NCBI GenBank assembly: GCA_951406725.2
Contig: OX597831.1
Span: 64,356,001 to 64,420,000 of the forward strand
Source of the DNA: Octopus vulgaris
Taxonomy: Eukaryota
Length of the DNA stretch: 64,000 bases
Direction: 5' to 3'
Part shown: positions 23,922 through 35,223 of the stretch, piece after piece
Layout of the letters: each line of letters begins with the position of its first letter
Position numbering within the stretch: position 1 is the first letter of the stretch
Notes under the pieces: model-generated
Seen by the model: the letters and a program-made list of their open reading frames with translations, nothing else
Databases searched by the model: none
What the model was told of the DNA's origin: nothing
Position numbers and translations under genes: made by a program

Positions 23922-25564
23922 TGGAAACACTACTACAAACAGTACATGGATTTACCAAAGAAATAGATATGAAATTTGGATTAGAAAAATGTGCCAAAGC
24001 AACCTTGAAAAGAGGAATACTAGTTAAGAGTAGCAACATCACACTAGATAAAGCCAATGAAATAAGAGAATTAGACCAAAGCCAGACATACAAATATTTA
24101 GGAATCCATGAACTAGATATGATACAACACACACAAATAAAAGAGAAAATAAAGAATACTATAGACGAGCTAGATCAATAATAAAAACAGAGCTCAATAC
24201 TAAAAACAAGATAATAGGTATTAACACTTTAGCCGTCCCTGTTATAAGTTACAGCTACAATATCCTTAACTGGACACTAAATGAACTAACCAAAATAGAC
24301 AGGAAAACAAGAAAAATAATGACATAATCTAGGATGCACCATCCAAAATCTGACATAGAAAGGCTATATATACAACATATAGAAGATGGTAGAGGCCTTA
24401 TAAAGCTAGAAAACTATTATAAAATAACCACCATAGGACTGAAAAAATACCTACTTCAGAAGCAAGGAAAACTAATACAAATAGACACAAAACACGAGCA
24501 AAACAAAAAAACAGTTCTCAGTATTTAAGGAAGTTGACAAATACAAACAAGAAATCATACTACCTAACAAAGAAGAAGAAGAAGAAGAAGAAGAAGAAGA
24601 AGAAGAAGAAGAAGAAGAAGAAGAAGAAGAAGAAGAAACAAAACCTATAAAATAAATGAAATCCAAACTAAAACTAGAACAGCAAAGGACCATGATAAAA
24701 CGATGACAAGAAAAGCCCCTTCATGGCAAATACTGGGCTAAACTAAATGCAAAAGAAATAGACAGAGAAAAATCCCAGCAATGGTTGAGAAGCTCAGGAC
24801 TCAAAGCAGAGACTGAGGGATTTTTAATTGCAGCACAAGACCAAAGCCTCCCCACCAGAAATTACCAAAAACATATAATGAAAAGAAACATAACAAGTAA
24901 CTGCATAATATGTGGAGATGGACAAGAAACAATAAATCATATTATCTCTGGCTGCCCAGTCCTAGCTAAGAAGGAATATATTCACAGACACGACAGAGTT
25001 GGCACCTACATACACTGGAAGTTATGCCAACACTATGGAATAACAACAGAAAAAAGATGGTATAGGCACACGTCAGAAAAGGTCACAGAAAACGAGAAAG
25101 CAACCATACTCTGGGATATGCCAATACACACAGTTAAATAAATTAAGGCCAAAAGGCCAGATATAGTTGTCAGAGATCATGAAGAAAAAAATGTTTTCTA
25201 ATTGATGTATCAATACCAGCAGATGACAATGTTTCTCTAAAAGAAATGGAGAAACTTTCAAAATACAAAGACCTGGAAATAGAGGTAAAGCGAATGTGGA
25301 GTCTAAAAACAGAAGCAATTCCTATCATAGCGGGCGCATAAGGCATGATAAAAAAATATTCAGACAAATACATAACAAAAACACCAGGACTAGCAAGTAT
25401 ATATAGCATACAGAAAATAGCTCTACTAGGCACTGCACACATCCTACGCAGAACACTTTCCATACAGTAACCATCAGAGTATCACAACAAATCACAGCAC
25501 ATACCCAAGGCACACAGAGCTGCGCTCGGTAGTGAAGTGAAAGCACGTTATAAAAACAAAACTA

Positions 25565-25567
<3 letters not shown>
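23920..25567 (+). mobile_element. 5'-truncated Dong/R4 LINE in an (AAT)n tract
   Basis: MKFGLEKCA, YKYLGI, IERLY..GRGL, AAQDQSLPT, CIIC..HIISGC, RPDIV..FLID, KYKDLEIE; (AAT)n on both sides. Confidence 0.92.
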
Positions 25568-25642
<75 letters not shown>

Positions 25643-26239
25643 TACGAAAGAAACATCAACACATGTCCATAGAAGGTGTTCAGTTAAAAAAGTGAATGCT
25701 GAAAAAACGTTACCCCTAACAAAACCAACTAAAAGAGATAGAACAGCAGAGAGATAATCATAAATACCAAGAAATAGCTGATTTATGATTTACACATGCT
25801 ACTATGCAACAGCCACCAAAAAGCATACAAGAATAAACTCATACTGTAAATACCCAGCAATATGAACAAAACCCACATGTGCCATAGAAGGCCTATACCT
25901 GACAGAATAACACAACCTGTGCTGTACAAACAACACACAATACAAAAACTAATACAACAGAAGACTCAAACCAAACCCCATAACAAAACATACTGATACT
26001 ATACAATATCACCACCAAAAAAATGCAGCACACACACCACCACACCAGCTCAAAGGTGCAATAAATGATGCAATAGAAAGTTGTTTGAAACATTCAGATG
26101 TCGAAAAATAATAGTGGTGATGATGATGGTGACGAACGTTACCTTAACTCAGTTTATGAGACACAGGAATTTCAGAAGAAACTCTGATTGTAACAATGAC
26201 AATAAAGCTGAGCCATTAAGGGAAGGCCCCTCGCTCGAG

Positions 26240-27159
26240 AAAAGACACTTGGTCAAAGGCTTCTCCCGCGAGAAAACATACTTAGTCAAAGAAGTCAAAG
26301 AGAAAGGATTTGGTACAGTAATAGAAGAGTTGAAACAGCGTATCATAGCAGCAGCAGGCAAGCTTTCCAGATATCAGAAAAAAAATCAGTATCAACATAA
26401 TAGATTATTTGAGACAGACCAGAGGAGATTTTATAACCAGATAAATAGTGGAGAACGAAGTACTGAAGATGAGAAACCTAATGCAGAAGAAGATAGAAAG
26501 TTCTAAAGTAATATTTGGGAAAGCCAGTCAATTATAATGGAAATGCAGTATGGTTAAAGAAAGTGATGGAAGAAGTAGTGAGTGAGAAGCAGTCAGATCT
26601 AAGATTAACTAGTGCCTTAATAAGTAAAGTGTTTGGGAAAATACCAAATTAGAAGGGCTCAGGACCAGATTTAGTTCAAGGGTACTCGCTAAAGGGTACT
26701 GGCTAGTAGTTTACATGGGAGGCTGATGGAACAACTTCAAGATTGTCTTAATGGAGGAATAATACCAGATTGGATAACTAGAGGGATGACAATACTCATC
26801 ATGAAAGATAAGAGCTAGGGTAATACAGCTAGCAACGATAGACCACTCACTTGCTTACTATTAGTGTGGAAGCTGTTAGCAGGAATGCTTTCAGAAAGCA
26901 TTTACGAGCAACTTGACAGCTAGAATTTACTGCCAGAAGAACAGAAAGGTTGCTGGAAGAAGGCTAGAGGAACGCATGATCTATTATATATATATACACG
27001 ACAGAGTAACCCACTGGGAGCTATGAAGAAAGCTAGGATTTGAACATACTGATAAATGGTATGAACATGAACCTAGTAAAGTACTGGAAAGTAAGAAATA
27101 CAAGATGTGGGACTTTAACATTCAGACTGACAGAGTAATAGAAGCTAGAAGGCCTGATT

Positions 27160-27224
<65 letters not shown>

Positions 27225-27890
27225 CATTAACACTGACACAATAGATGGTATAAACATGTATCAAACAAGGTAGAAGATAATTACTAGACCACGATCATCT
27301 GGGATATGCTGGTTCAAACCAACAAAGAAATAAAAGCTTATCGCCCAGACATAGTAATCAAGGATTGGGGAAAAAAACACCTGCTCGCTGATAGATATTA
27401 CAATCCCTTCTGATCAAAATATTGTCCAAAAAGACATGGAGAAAGAACAAAGAGAAAGTCTAGAAAGACGTGGAGAAATTGCCCAAGTACAAAGACCTTG
27501 AAATTGAAGTATTCAAGATGTGGTGCATGAAGGTGAAAACAATACTTCTAAATTGGAGCATTGAGCATGATAAAAAAAACATAGGAACAAAAACGTAGAT
27601 GCTATTCTGGGATTCTGTGGTAATCCAACGTCGGGCTGTTATAACGTCCACTCCGGTATAGCAGTATAGTTAGTTAGACAAGTAAGACACGACTATTTAT
27701 GACCGACTAACCCGACTTCTCGACGTCACAGTATTTGTAACGACTACACATACCACTCGTCACGTTGGAAGGGTGTTCCAGTATTATTATTATTATCCCC
27801 ATAGCAGATCCTCAACCTTACACACTATCCAAAAAATAGCCCTGCAAGAAACAGCCCACGTCCTACACAAGACACTATGAATTCAATAAT
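26240..27890 (+). pseudogene. Cluster of older R4/Dong fragments
   Basis: LKQRIIAAAGKLSRYQ, GPDLVQGY, RPLTCL, EQKGC, RPD and KYKDLEIE motifs. Confidence 0.75.
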
Positions 27891-28188
27891 ACAACCTAAA
27901 CAAAACAATCCACAAACACAGGACACAGAAATTATGCCATGAAATAAACTTCTAGCAGCAGGCCAAATAACCAACGCATTACACACTCAACACACAATAG
28001 AAACAGTAATACAACGAAAGACTGCACCATACCGCAAAAAGAAAAAGAACTGACGCAGTACAATACCGGAGAGAGTCTGCACACTCCCAAAACAGAAACG
28101 AGCACCCAATGTTGCACACACCCCAACGACACGGAGGTGTAGCATGTGGTGTAGCAGAAATTTACCTGAAACTACCAAATGTTGAACA

Positions 28189-28237
<49 letters not shown>

Positions 28238-28491
28238 CGATGACGACGACGATCATAATAGTTTCAAATTTTTGCACAAAACCTTCAATGTTGACGAAAG
28301 AAGTTAGATGATCACATTGATGCCAGTAGTTCATTTCATTTTATCGATCCGAGGGATGAAAAACAAAGTTAATCTTAATAAAGATTTCTTTTATTTGCCA
28401 CCAGAGGGACAACTGATGTGGCAATTACAAAGACAGACATAAAGCGTTGAGGTTAGTTAGAAAATCGAATGATGAAAGAAAGAAAAATGTG

Positions 28492-29493
28492 GGATCTTTA
28501 CCTTCTGACCGGCAGATTTAGAAAATAATTTTTTGTAACTAAACACTTTCAAACTTCGTAAACTGGTAGAATGTGTCATATAAGACATCTTTTACTGTTA
28601 GCATTTTTGAGAAAAGTTTATATTTACGAAGTTATTTCGTGTTAAAGTTGTCGTATTTCGGTAATTTCAACCAATCAATGTCGTGTATTCAGCTGAATAA
28701 AATTACTGCCGTTGTTTGTCAACAACAACTTCCGGTGGTGTATATTTCGTTTGTCACTGTTATTCAAGATATCGTTATGCGTTTGTACTGATTTTAGCTT
28801 TAAGGTTTTAGGGTTATGGTTTCAGTGTTAGGGTTTTAGGGTTAGGGTTTTAGAGTTAGGGTTAGAGTTTTAGGGTTAGGGTTTTAGGGTTAGGGTTAGG
28901 GTTTTAGAGTTCGGGTTAGGGTTAGGGTTTTAGGTTAGGATTAGGGTTAAGGCTTTAGGGTTAGGATTAAAGTTTTAGGGTTAGGGTTAGGGTTGAGGTT
29001 TTAGGGTTAGAGTTACCAAAAAAAATGAAAAATGAAGAAATTGGAGGGGCATGGGGGGGGGGGGGCAAAAAGTCTTTCCGAAAATAGTAGCTGAAAAACA
29101 GGAAAAAAGAAACTAAAAGCAATAGGAATGCACGAAAGATTATGGTGGTGCTATGAAGTAAACCTGCTTCAGATACACTCGTTTATTCTTACAAACGTAA
29201 CTGATATGAAATATGTCATAAATAACAGTGACAAACGAAATATACACCACCGGAAGTTGTTGTTGACAAACAACAGCAGTAATTTTATTCAGCTGAATAC
29301 ACGCCATTGATTGGTTGAAAGTACCGAAATACGACAACTTTAACACGAAATAACTTCGTAAATATAAACTTTCCTCAAAAACGCTAACAGTAAAAGATGT
29401 CTTATGTGACACATTCTACCAGTTTACGAAGTTTGAAAGTGTTTAGTTACAAAAAATCATTTTCTAAATCTGCCGGTCAAAAGGTAAAGATCC
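28492..29493. mobile_element. Foldback MITE with ~270-bp TIRs and a central telomere-like array
   Basis: GGATCTTTACC.. / ..GGTAAAGATCC; TSD aaaatgtg/aaaacgtg; arms homologous to one end of the 420-bp MITE. Confidence 0.92.
28805..29015 (+). repeat. Interstitial TTAGGG/TTTTAGGG array
   Basis: Mixed 6-mer and 8-mer telomere-like units. Confidence 0.9.
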
Positions 29494-29868
29494 AAAACGT
29501 GAAATGTAAGAATATATGACATACAAATAATGAAAGATGACGATAAAGCAATTCTCCTGATGCAGGAGGATCTCTATCTAGGGTCAAGCAAGGAACCTCA
29601 TGGATCCAAGGTCATTCCGAATACTAAACGCATGTGGCTTCTCTAAGTGTTGTTCACAGACTTACAGATGTATACTAAGGGCAATTTCATTCAATCTTAC
29701 CATTTTTGCAATTCTCACCCACTTTGCAATAAAATCTCTTCAGGTTAGCACCTCTCTCTACACCTTTACCTTCTTTACAAGTGAATCTTTTCATGTTTAT
29801 TAATTTTTCATTTTTTTTTTTTTTTGTTTTACTGAGGGTTAAACAATTTTTTTACTTGGGGAAGATAG

Positions 29869-30305
29869 GGATCTTTTCGGTTTGAACAGCAGTTTTTTCT
29901 AGCGGTGTCATATGAAATTATCACCCATAATTATGACCCTAGTATCGATCTATTGCATTTCAATCTGTTTTAGGGCTAGGGTTAGTTAGGGTTAAGGTTA
30001 GGGATGGGGGAAGGGTATCTTTTTTTCTTCACAAATGTAAATAAACCCAATCTATTTTGTAAACAAGGGACATATTCATGCGGCACAGAATGTTTTTTTT
30101 TTACCTCAATAGACGTCACTGATTGGTTGAAATTTGCAGAAATTGAAGAAAAAAACAACAAATATCTTACAAACTATAGAATTTTCTCAATAAAGCCAAG
30201 AGAAAAGGATGTTTTTTAAACACATTCTACCAGTATACGAAGTTTAAAAGTGTTTAGTTACGTAGAAATTATTTTTAAAAACTGCCGTTCAAACCGAAAA
30301 GATCC
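29869..30305 (+). mobile_element. MITE, GGATC family, copy 6
   Basis: TIRs; TSD gaagatag/ggagatag. Confidence 0.92.
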
Positions 30306-30842
30306 GGAGATAGCCCAAATTTTTAATGGGGGTGAGATAACCAAAAAGTACCAAAGAGTCTCTCTCATGGTATCTATTGCAGTATACTTTGTTCTAACAG
30401 AACATCCACGTTTAAGTGGGGATAAATATTAAATCTATTTCTCTTTTTGAAAAATTCTGGAGGGAGTGTTCTATATTCTTTGTCATACAGACTCTCACTA
30501 CCCTCGTGAAAAGTATCTACTTTTAAAACTACAGCAATATATACGCAGTTTCTAAGACAATACCACAGACGATTCTTTTTTACACTCCAGAAAGGAGTTG
30601 TGCCTTAATAAATATAAAGCCTTCATTCTAAAATAAAACAAGAGCAAAAAACAAAACATGTGGTCCCTCTAACGGTTACAGCTACCACAAGGGAGATAAT
30701 CATTTCGTTATAAATCAAAATGGATTTGTAAATTTCAAATAGAAATTAAGGAATATGAGAAAAATGTTGCATAGAATACACACATATGCACGCACGTACG
30801 CACACACACACACACACACACACACTCATACATAATTACATA

Positions 30843-31920
30843 CTAGGGTCGGCTATAAAGTTCATCGGCTGACCAAGATGATTTAATGGAATGTGACCGG
30901 TTAAGGTTTATTTTTCAACATAGTCCCCCTTGTGGTCCACACACTTCTTCCATTGGTGTTGCAGTGCTTGGATCCTATTGGTGAAGAAGCTTTCATCCTG
31001 TCCCTCAAAGTAGTCATCAAAGACAGATATGATGTCATCATCACTGACACTGATTCCCTGCCAAGAATTTTTTCACGTTGGGAAATAGATGATTGTCAGA
31101 TGGGAATAAATCAGGAGAATAGGGATGGTGGTCAACCAGTTCAAAGCCACAGTCAAGCAAAGCAGCCGCTGAAACCAAGGACTTGTGTGCCGGAGCATTG
31201 TCATGATGAATCAAGACCTTTTTTTGTCAGTTTCGCTGGATGCTTCGTCTTCATAACCTGTCGTAACTGCTTCAGCATGTTGGCATAGTACTCTCCATTG
31301 ATGGTGTGGCCCTTTTGCAGATAGTCAATAGACATAATGCCTTTTGTATATAAATAAATAAAAAAAAACTATAGCCATCACCTTCCCTGTACATGAAGCA
31401 ACCTTAGTCTTGTTTGAAGCAGGTAAGGAGAGGTGTTTCCACGGCATGGATTATCTACTCTTTTACTCTTTTATTTGTTTCAGTCATTTGACTGTGGCCA
31501 TGCTGGAGTACCGCTTTTGGTTCAAAGTGAGGAACCCAACACTCATCCATGGTTAGGAAATGTTCAAGGAAACCAGCTGGATTAACCACAAATGTCAGAA
31601 TTTCCTCCAATATTATCAGCCCGGTGCACTTTTGCTCACATGTCAGATGTGGTACCCACTGTACAGAAACCTTTGTCATGCCAAGTTTATCAAGTAGAAT
31701 ATTCTCAACTCTCTTACTAATAGCATTGGCTATTTGATTTCTAGTCAATTGCCTGTCATCTGTCACCATGTGATGGACACAATCAATGTTTTCGTCAGTA
31801 GAAGTAGCTGTAGGACGTCCATACCTTGGGTCATCTTCAAGACTCTCCTTTCCTTTCCTGGATTCAGCTGCCCATATTTTTACTGCTGAATATGTCAGCA
31901 TGAATATTCTTGGGGACTAA
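30843..31920 (-). pseudogene. Decayed mariner transposase
   Basis: SLEDDPRYGRP, WVPHL and TMDECWV motifs; HHDNA-like segment near 31200. Confidence 0.8.
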
Positions 31921-32006
31921 CACCAGGTTATTAGTATCGCCATGCCTAAGGGATATTTATATATATATATATATATATATAATAAATTAAATATAATAAA
32001 TCAAAT

Positions 32007-32117
32007 TCTCTGAAGAGGCCGTGGGACATCCTTGTTAATGTCTCATTTATACCTGCCTTATATGGCTTATAGGTTAAATGAGGCATACTTGTCCTTACGG
32101 CCGAAACAGCTGTCAGA
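32007..32117 (+). ncRNA. Type I hammerhead ribozyme with extended stem II
   Basis: TCT-CTGAAGA-GGCCG...CGGCC-GAAAC-AGCT-GTC-AGA; intact core, palindromic loop III. Confidence 0.8.
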
Positions 32118-32298
32118 TATGATATAATTATATATTTTATTTTATATTTTATATTTCTATTTCCTTGTCTAATTATATTTACAATATATTTTGTATAATG
32201 CCTTTGCTGTTATGTAATGGTGTAATAAAGTATTGATTGGGTATCATCTGATGGTTGATGTTTGATTGATTTAAGTATGTTTCTCCATTTTCTAATTT

Positions 32299-32362
<64 letters not shown>

Positions 32363-32730
32363 TACAAAGTGAGATAGGGGTTATGAGTGTAACCCACAAT
32401 GGGATATCAGTTACCCAATATACAGCTGGTGAAGCACCCAAAAGGCAAATTTTTATGGTATTATCTTACTTATTGATGTATATTGTTTTATTTTGTTGGA
32501 TTTGGATGTTCCTATTTATGTGGTTAATAAATAATATGAATTGGTAATATCTGTAAGTCGATGATTGAAATGAATCTGTTCCTCCATTTTCTTATTTGTA
32601 TTATATATATATATATATATATATATTGATAAAAATGCTAAGACAACAAAAGAATGAAAGAGACCTCGATATTATGTAAATAGAGGAATTTATCTATAAA
32701 TGTAATATGTGACAATTGTTCGGTAGCCAT

Positions 32731-32791
32731 GATAAAACTCTGAGTTTCGGATGCCGAGGTGGAAACCCACGCCGCCATCTCTTCAGTTATC
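32731..32791 (-). ncRNA. Type I hammerhead ribozyme
   Basis: Minus strand GATAA-CTGAAGA-GATG..GTGG GTTT CCAC..CATC-C-GAAAC-TCAGA-GTT-TTATC. Confidence 0.7.
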
Positions 32792-32892
32792 TGGCCATTG
32801 GAAAAAATGCTATGAAAATGACCGTTATACAAAGGGAAATTACTGTGTGATTGACCGTCATTAATACAAAAGAGCTATTTGAATGACCGCTA

Positions 32893-33106
32893 AGTGAGGG
32901 GAGGGAGTAAAAGTAAGGGGTTATAAAGGTTCATAGTATTCGAGTAAGCACACATGTCAATACCTACACATGTGCACCTACACACCCACGTACATACGCC
33001 TATAAGTATGTGGGTGTGTGGGCACGCATGTGTAGGTATGGACATGCACGCTTACGCGAATACTATGAACCTTTTTACCCCCTTACTTTTACTCCCTCCT
33101 CTCACT
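32893..33106. repeat. ~210-bp imperfect palindrome
   Basis: agtgaggggagggagtaaaagtaagggg...ccccttacttttactccctcctctcact with pairing almost to the centre. Confidence 0.9.
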
Positions 33107-33110
33107 ATAC

Positions 33111-34033
33111 TTGACATTCTCTGCATTGTCCAGAAAAATACTTTCAGACAACTTGAAATCCATATTTCCCAACATTGAAATTCCATCAGAATGTTCCTGT
33201 TCATCATAGTAACCAACTGACAGAGGAATGTTCATTTTCAAGACAGCTAAAACAAGACAATAACATTTGAATTGGATCTTCACTCATGTCCAGGGAAAAT
33301 GGCCTCCTGAAGATCCTTGACTTCAATGCCAAGAAAATTTCACAAACATTTATGTTGAACACTTGATTAGTATACAAATAATTCATACAAATTCCATACT
33401 GATCAAAATTTGAAGGAGAGACTAAATATTATTGACTTCATAAAGCTTTTTATCCTTTTGGGGGTTTGTTAGAATTAAATACCAACTGAGCAAAGGGATT
33501 GAAGTAATGGACTTAAACCTTCCTCTAAAATAGCTGTCCTTTTGCCAAAATTTCTTCTTCTTCTCCTCCTCCTCCTCCTCCTCCTCCTCCTCCTCCTCTT
33601 CCTCCTCCTCCTTCTTCTTCTCCTCCTTTCCTCCCCTCCTCCTTCTTCTTCTCCTCCTTTCCTCGCCTCCTCCTCCCCCTCCTTCTTCTCCTCCTCTCCT
33701 TCCCTCCTCTTCCTCCACCGCCTCTGCCTCCACTGCTGCCATCCTCCCTCATTCTCCCTCTTTCTTCTTCTTCTTCTTCTTCTTCTTCTTCTTCTTCTTC
33801 TTCTTCTCCTCCTCCTCCTCCTTCTTCTCCTCCCCTCCTCTTCCTCCTCCTTCTCCTCTTTCTTCTTCTCCTCCTCCTCTCCTCCCCTCCTCTTCCTCCA
33901 CCGCCTCTGCCTCCACTGCTGCCATCCTCCCTCATCCTCCCTCTTTCTTCTTCTTCTTGAGTTTAGTATCAAACCTTAAAAGCTTTTAGGAATTTAATAT
34001 TACAATCACTAATTGCGGTTATGATAACTATTA
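33111..34033 (+). repeat. Inverted duplicate of 37377-38138 (hAT C-terminus plus GAA/GGA tract)
   Basis: Near-identical reverse complement; the same ORFs appear on opposite strands in the ORF track. Confidence 0.92.
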
Positions 34034-34444
34034 TGTATGTATAGAGAAAGAGAAAGTCAAGCAGAAAGTTTAAGTGAATGAGAAAGAAATAAGAGTGGAC
34101 AATGATATTAGGAAGAAATATATTTTAATTTCAATCAAAGAATAACAATTGATTTAGTTGATGACATATAGTAAAGCAATGTCACAGAATACGAAGTGAA
34201 TGGAAGGTAAGCGAGCATTCACTAGTCACTAGTGAAGTCAGATAGTCAAACTTCAACTTGAAGAACATTCCAGCATCTCGGAAAATAATAAGACGGTCAG
34301 TTTATCTGTAATTAGAGATTGATATTATGTCAAGGGTTTTGAATCTTTGCTGTGTAAAAGGTGAGAGATGGCAACAGACACACAACACAATCAGTCTTTA
34401 ATAGAGAGCTTTACATACTATTCTTTAATTAACATTGATATAAT

Positions 34445-34860
34445 ACTCTTTTACTCTTTTACTCTTTTACATGTTTCAGTCATTTGACTGCGGCCATGCT
34501 GGAGCACTGCCTTTAATTGAGCAACTCGACCCCAGGACTTATTCTTTTGTAAGCCCAGTACTTATTCTATCGGTATCTTTTGCTGAACCGCTAAGTAACA
34601 GGGACATAAACACACCAGCATCGGTTGTCAAGCAATGCTAGGGGACAAACACAGACACACAAACACACACACACGTATATATATATATACATATATACGA
34701 CAGGCTTCTTTCAGTTTCCGTCTACCAAATCCACTCACAAGGCATTGGTCGGCCTGAGGCTATAGTAGAAGACACTTGCCAAAGGTGCCACGCAGTGGGA
34801 CTGAACCCGGAACCATGTGGTTGGTAGACAAGCTACTTACCACACGGCCACTCCTGCGCC
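34445..34860 (-). mobile_element. tRNA-derived SINE, family B, full length
   Basis: ggagtggccgtgtggtaagtagc head, gtaaaaga tail; other copies at 36895-37150, 47335-47697, 56146-56602, 60397-60808, 61838-62253, 63895-64000. Confidence 0.9.
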
Positions 34861-35191
34861 TATTGATATAATGTAAATATTTGCAAAACAACCTTCAGTA
34901 TTCTTTAACATTTCTATGGTTATGAATATGGCTGATTGCAGCATAAATCTATTAACGCTTGACTTACAAATAACAGTAAAAAAATACTAGCACATATTAA
35001 ATGTGAAGCTAATTAGATTGAGAATTTTTTGTCAAACCATTAAGGTCGTTTCACCTGCTAGAAATAGCATCCAAGTCATCCAAATTACATCCCACCATCT
35101 GAAAACAGAAAGAAACATTGGTCAGTTTAATCCTATGGAATATGGAACAGTCCTAGCTGGAACTTTGCTTGATCAAAGCAAAAAATCAACG

Positions 35192-35223
<32 letters not shown>

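Noticed and set aside
28805-29015. True telomere or chromosome fusion site
   Set aside because: Single orientation, enclosed by TIRs and a TSD.
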